Positions 37,989 to 40,525 of a DNA stretch of 40,525 nucleotides are shown piece by piece. Position 1 is the stretch's first letter. Every line of letters begins with the position of its first letter. This DNA is from Verrucomicrobiota bacterium (GTDB taxonomy: Bacteria; Verrucomicrobiota; Verrucomicrobiia; Limisphaerales; CANJXF01). The position numbers were made by a program, and so were the translations under genes. The DNA lies in the NCBI GenBank assembly GCA_038214755.1, contig JBBQRQ010000045.1:1-40525 (forward strand), written 5' to 3'. The notes under the pieces are model-generated. The model saw only the letters and a list, made by a program, of their open reading frames with translations, was not told where the DNA came from and searched no databases.

Positions 37989-38076
37989 GCGCTGACCCCG
38001 GTGGAAAAAAATAATTTGGATACGATCGTGACGAGAATCAGCTTAGTCTTCATATCCATGAAAAGGGGCACGAAAT

Positions 38077-38105
38077 TTATTAAACCCTCGCCCTCCGAAC
38101 GTCAA
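38077..38105 (-). promoter_or_regulatory. Candidate promoter of the prepilin locus
   Basis: TTGACG-N17-TAATAA about 90 nt upstream of the prepilin start. Confidence 0.35.
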
Positions 38106-38200
38106 ACGGGAATTGAAAAAATCATAGCAAGCAAGCGTCCGCCCCTGTCGGGAAGCTCTGGCATCCCGGCGCCCGGCAAAATGTGGAAAATCCCTAAACT

Positions 38201-39922
38201 CTACTCATGGCAGCCCGTTGATAAAATCTCCAGGACTCGAGCGGAAACTTCCTCCGCCTGCACGAAAACCAGTTCTCCCCCGCGCAATTTCAATTCCACC
38301 TCGCCTTTGGCCAACGATTTTTCGCCAATCGCAATGCGAATGGGGAAGCCAACCAAATCCGCGTCTTTAAATTTTACGCCGGGACGATCATCGCGGTCGT
38401 CCAGGATGACATCTATATTTTGCGCGGAAAGTTCGGCGTAAATTTTTTCCGCCAGCATCATCACTGGACTCTCCTTCGCGACGCCGAGCGGCGTGAGGCA
38501 GACCTGATAGGGAGCAACGCTCAACGGCCAAATAATTCCGTCCTTATCATTGGATTGTTCGATGATGGCTTGCATCGTTCGCGTGACGCCGATGCCGTAA
38601 CAACCCATGATCGGCAATTGTTGTTTGCCCGCTTCATCAACGTAAAAGGCTTTCAACGCTTCGGTGTATTTCGTGCCGAGTTTGAAAACGTGGCCGACTT
38701 CAATGGCGCGGCGCATCTTCAACGGCTCGCCGCATTTCGCGCACGCTTCGCCGGCTTGCACGAGTCGCAAATCGGCCCATTGCTTCACCACGATGTCTCG
38801 GTCAACGGAAACATTTCGGAGATGAAAACCATTTTCGTTCGCGCCCGTCGTCATCGCACTCGCGCCGCGCAAAGTTTCATCGGCAATGGTTGGAAAATCT
38901 TTCACGCCCACCGCGCCCAGACTTCCGGGATGCGCTTGCAATGCGGAAAAAATTTCCTCGGCGTTGGCCGCGCGAAATTCCTCTGTGCCTAAAACGCCAA
39001 CGAGTTTCGCTTCGTTGAGTTGATGATCTCCTCGCAACAAAATCAAAGCTGGCTTATCGGCGACGACGTAAACGAGTGTTTTGATTTGTTGCGCGGCGGG
39101 AATGTTGAACGGAGCTTTCGTCAAATCCTCGATGGTTTTGATATTCGGAGTTGGGAACTTCTCCAGTTCGATGTTCGATGTTCGATGTCCGATGTTCGAT
39201 GTTGCCTTACTGGTCGCTTTCTCGATGTTGGCCGCATAGCCACACGCGTCGCAATAGACCACTTCGTTCTCACCGGTCTCGGCGGGGACCATGAATTCAT
39301 GAGAAAGTTGTCCGCCCATCAATCCGGTGTCGGCCTCGACCGGAAAAGTTTTCAAGCCGCACCGCTGAAAAATCCGAGTGTAAGCGTCATACATTTTTTG
39401 ATAGCTGACCTGCGCCAGTTCATCAGTCGTGTCGAAACTGTAGGCGTCTTTCATGATAAATTCCTTCGCGCGCATCAGCCCGAAGCGTGGACGAATCTCA
39501 TCCCTGAATTTCGTTTGAATCTGGTAAAAATTTTTCGGCAACTGTCGATAGGAACTGACCTCGTTGGCGACGAGAGTTGTGATCACTTCTTCGTGGGTCG
39601 GGCCGAGAATCCATTCTTTTTTCGCACGGTCGCGCACTTTAAAAAAAACATTCCGCGCGGTTTCGTAGCGACCACTCTGTTGCCAGATTTCAGGCGGTTG
39701 CAACGCGGGCATTAAAATCTCGAGCGCACCGGCGCGATCCATTTCTTCGCGAATAATTTTTTCCACTTTGCGAAGCGCGCGAAGTCCGAGTGGGAGAAAG
39801 GTGTAAAGTCCGCCTGCCAACTTGCGGATCAACCCAGCGCGCAAAAGAAGTTTGTGCGAAACAATTTCCGCCTCGGCCGGAGTTTCTTTCAAAGTGGGGA
39901 TGAAGGCTTGGGTCCAGCGCAT
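38201..39922 (-). CDS. proS: Proline--tRNA ligase (bacterial type with INS editing domain)
   Basis: LGPTHEE, KFRDEIRPRFGLMRAKEF.MKDAYSF, HPGSLG, EVGHVFKLG, MGCYGIG, GVKFKDADLVG. Confidence 0.98.
   Translation of the reverse strand: MRWTQAFIPTLKETPAEAEIVSHKLLLRAGLIRKLAGGLYTFLPLGLRALRKVEKIIREEMDRAGALEILMPALQPPEIWQQSGRYETARNVFFKVRDRAKKEWILGPTHEEVITTLVANEVSSYRQLPKNFYQIQTKFRDEIRPRFGLMRAKEFIMKDAYSFDTTDELAQVSYQKMYDAYTRIFQRCGLKTFPVEADTGLMGGQLSHEFMVPAETGENEVVYCDACGYAANIEKATSKATSNIGHRTSNIELEKFPTPNIKTIEDLTKAPFNIPAAQQIKTLVYVVADKPALILLRGDHQLNEAKLVGVLGTEEFRAANAEEIFSALQAHPGSLGAVGVKDFPTIADETLRGASAMTTGANENGFHLRNVSVDRDIVVKQWADLRLVQAGEACAKCGEPLKMRRAIEVGHVFKLGTKYTEALKAFYVDEAGKQQLPIMGCYGIGVTRTMQAIIEQSNDKDGIIWPLSVAPYQVCLTPLGVAKESPVMMLAEKIYAELSAQNIDVILDDRDDRPGVKFKDADLVGFPIRIAIGEKSLAKGEVELKLRGGELVFVQAEEVSARVLEILSTGCHE
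39166..39203. repeat. GTTCGAT heptamer tandem repeat (about 5.4 copies) inside proS
   Basis: gttcgat x3, gtccgat, gttcgat, gtt; encodes (T)SNIGHRTSNIE. Confidence 0.85.
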
Positions 39923-39925
39923 AAT

Positions 39926-40417
39926 TTATTCTGACAAATTTTCGCGGAGAAAACTTGGCGTGCAAATAATCGTCGGCGAAAGTCCCAGTAAGCGCGTTTC
40001 AAGCGCCAGTTCTCGATAATTGATTTGGTAAAGCGGCGAGTTTTCCGCAACGAGAAGAAGATCAGCGATTAAAGTGGCCTCAGCAATCAGATCCGATTCG
40101 GTGCGAAGTTCTTCCGAAACGATTTTAGATTCCCGCAAATGATAGCCTACAATCCAGACGAGTTTGCGTTGGGAATCGTCTAAAAAGGTTGTTCTGATTT
40201 TCCATTCTGAATCCAGCGCTTTTAACGCGCGAAAGGCCAAAGACGGAGTGGCTCCTTCATTTTGACGAGAGGAAAACTCCAACAAGTCCACCGTCGCGGG
40301 CGTGATAATAAATGAAAATCGGCGGGGGTGTTCCAGCAGAAAGGTATAAATGTCCCACGCTTCCTCATTGGCGTCAGCCAATTGGAGAAGAAATTCGCTA
40401 TCAACAGCAACGATCAT
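39926..40417 (-). CDS. Degenerate PIN-domain (VapC-like) protein
   Basis: N-terminal beta strand IVAVD, IITPATV, SDLIAEA, LLLVAENSPL in PIN-like order. Confidence 0.5.
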   Translation of the reverse strand: MIVAVDSEFLLQLADANEEAWDIYTFLLEHPRRFSFIITPATVDLLEFSSRQNEGATPSLAFRALKALDSEWKIRTTFLDDSQRKLVWIVGYHLRESKIVSEELRTESDLIAEATLIADLLLVAENSPLYQINYRELALETRLLGLSPTIICTPSFLRENLSE

Positions 40418-40524
40418 GCTTTTTCATGAGGAAGTGGTTCCATCCCGCCGCCGTGGCGTTGACGCGAAAATTCTTCCATTTGCTTTCGATATTTTTTGAC
40501 AAAGGCGGCCCAGTTTCGTCGCCC
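40414..40524 (-). CDS. 3' end of an upstream ORF, possible antitoxin (truncated by the window)
   Basis: Open frame ...GRRNWAAFVKKYRKQMEEFSRQRHGGGMEPLPHEKA*; its TGA overlaps the PIN-like ATG (ATGA). Confidence 0.45.
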   Translation of the reverse strand, partial: GRRNWAAFVKKYRKQMEEFSRQRHGGGMEPLPHEKA

Positions 40525-40525
40525 C

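Overview
Bacterial genomic DNA, most likely Verrucomicrobiota (Pedosphaera-like). This is inferred from a PVC-type CxxCH dehydrogenase, an H-X9-DG-type prepilin and the repeat families present. Housekeeping genes (moxR, apaG, glgB, cysE/epsC, dctA, tgt, proS) alternate with accessory blocks. (i) A translationally coupled defence cassette encodes an RloC/PrrC-like ABC-ATPase/HEPN protein, an ApaLI-like endonuclease and an amino-methyltransferase, directly behind a decayed copy of the thiC 3' end. (ii) Toxin-antitoxin genes and relics are scattered through the window, one bracketed by a 122-bp duplication of an MFS promoter and 5' end. (iii) A membrane protein carries an acyl-carrier-protein-like fold circularly permuted at the phosphopantetheine site. 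(iv) An incomplete C4-dicarboxylate module is present. (v) A ~10.6-kb secreted-protein locus (prepilin, giant lectin, BSP peptidase, PQQ-like propeller) has two large proteins sharing an unnamed repeated domain and a C-terminal ...FYRL domain. Intergenic DNA carries ~160-bp MITEs (GGGYGY termini, 9-bp target duplications, REP-like cargo), and repeats also occur in frame inside the MFS gene and proS. No rRNA, tRNA, CRISPR array, integrase or transposase was recognised. All family assignments come from motif recognition by eye; no database search was run.
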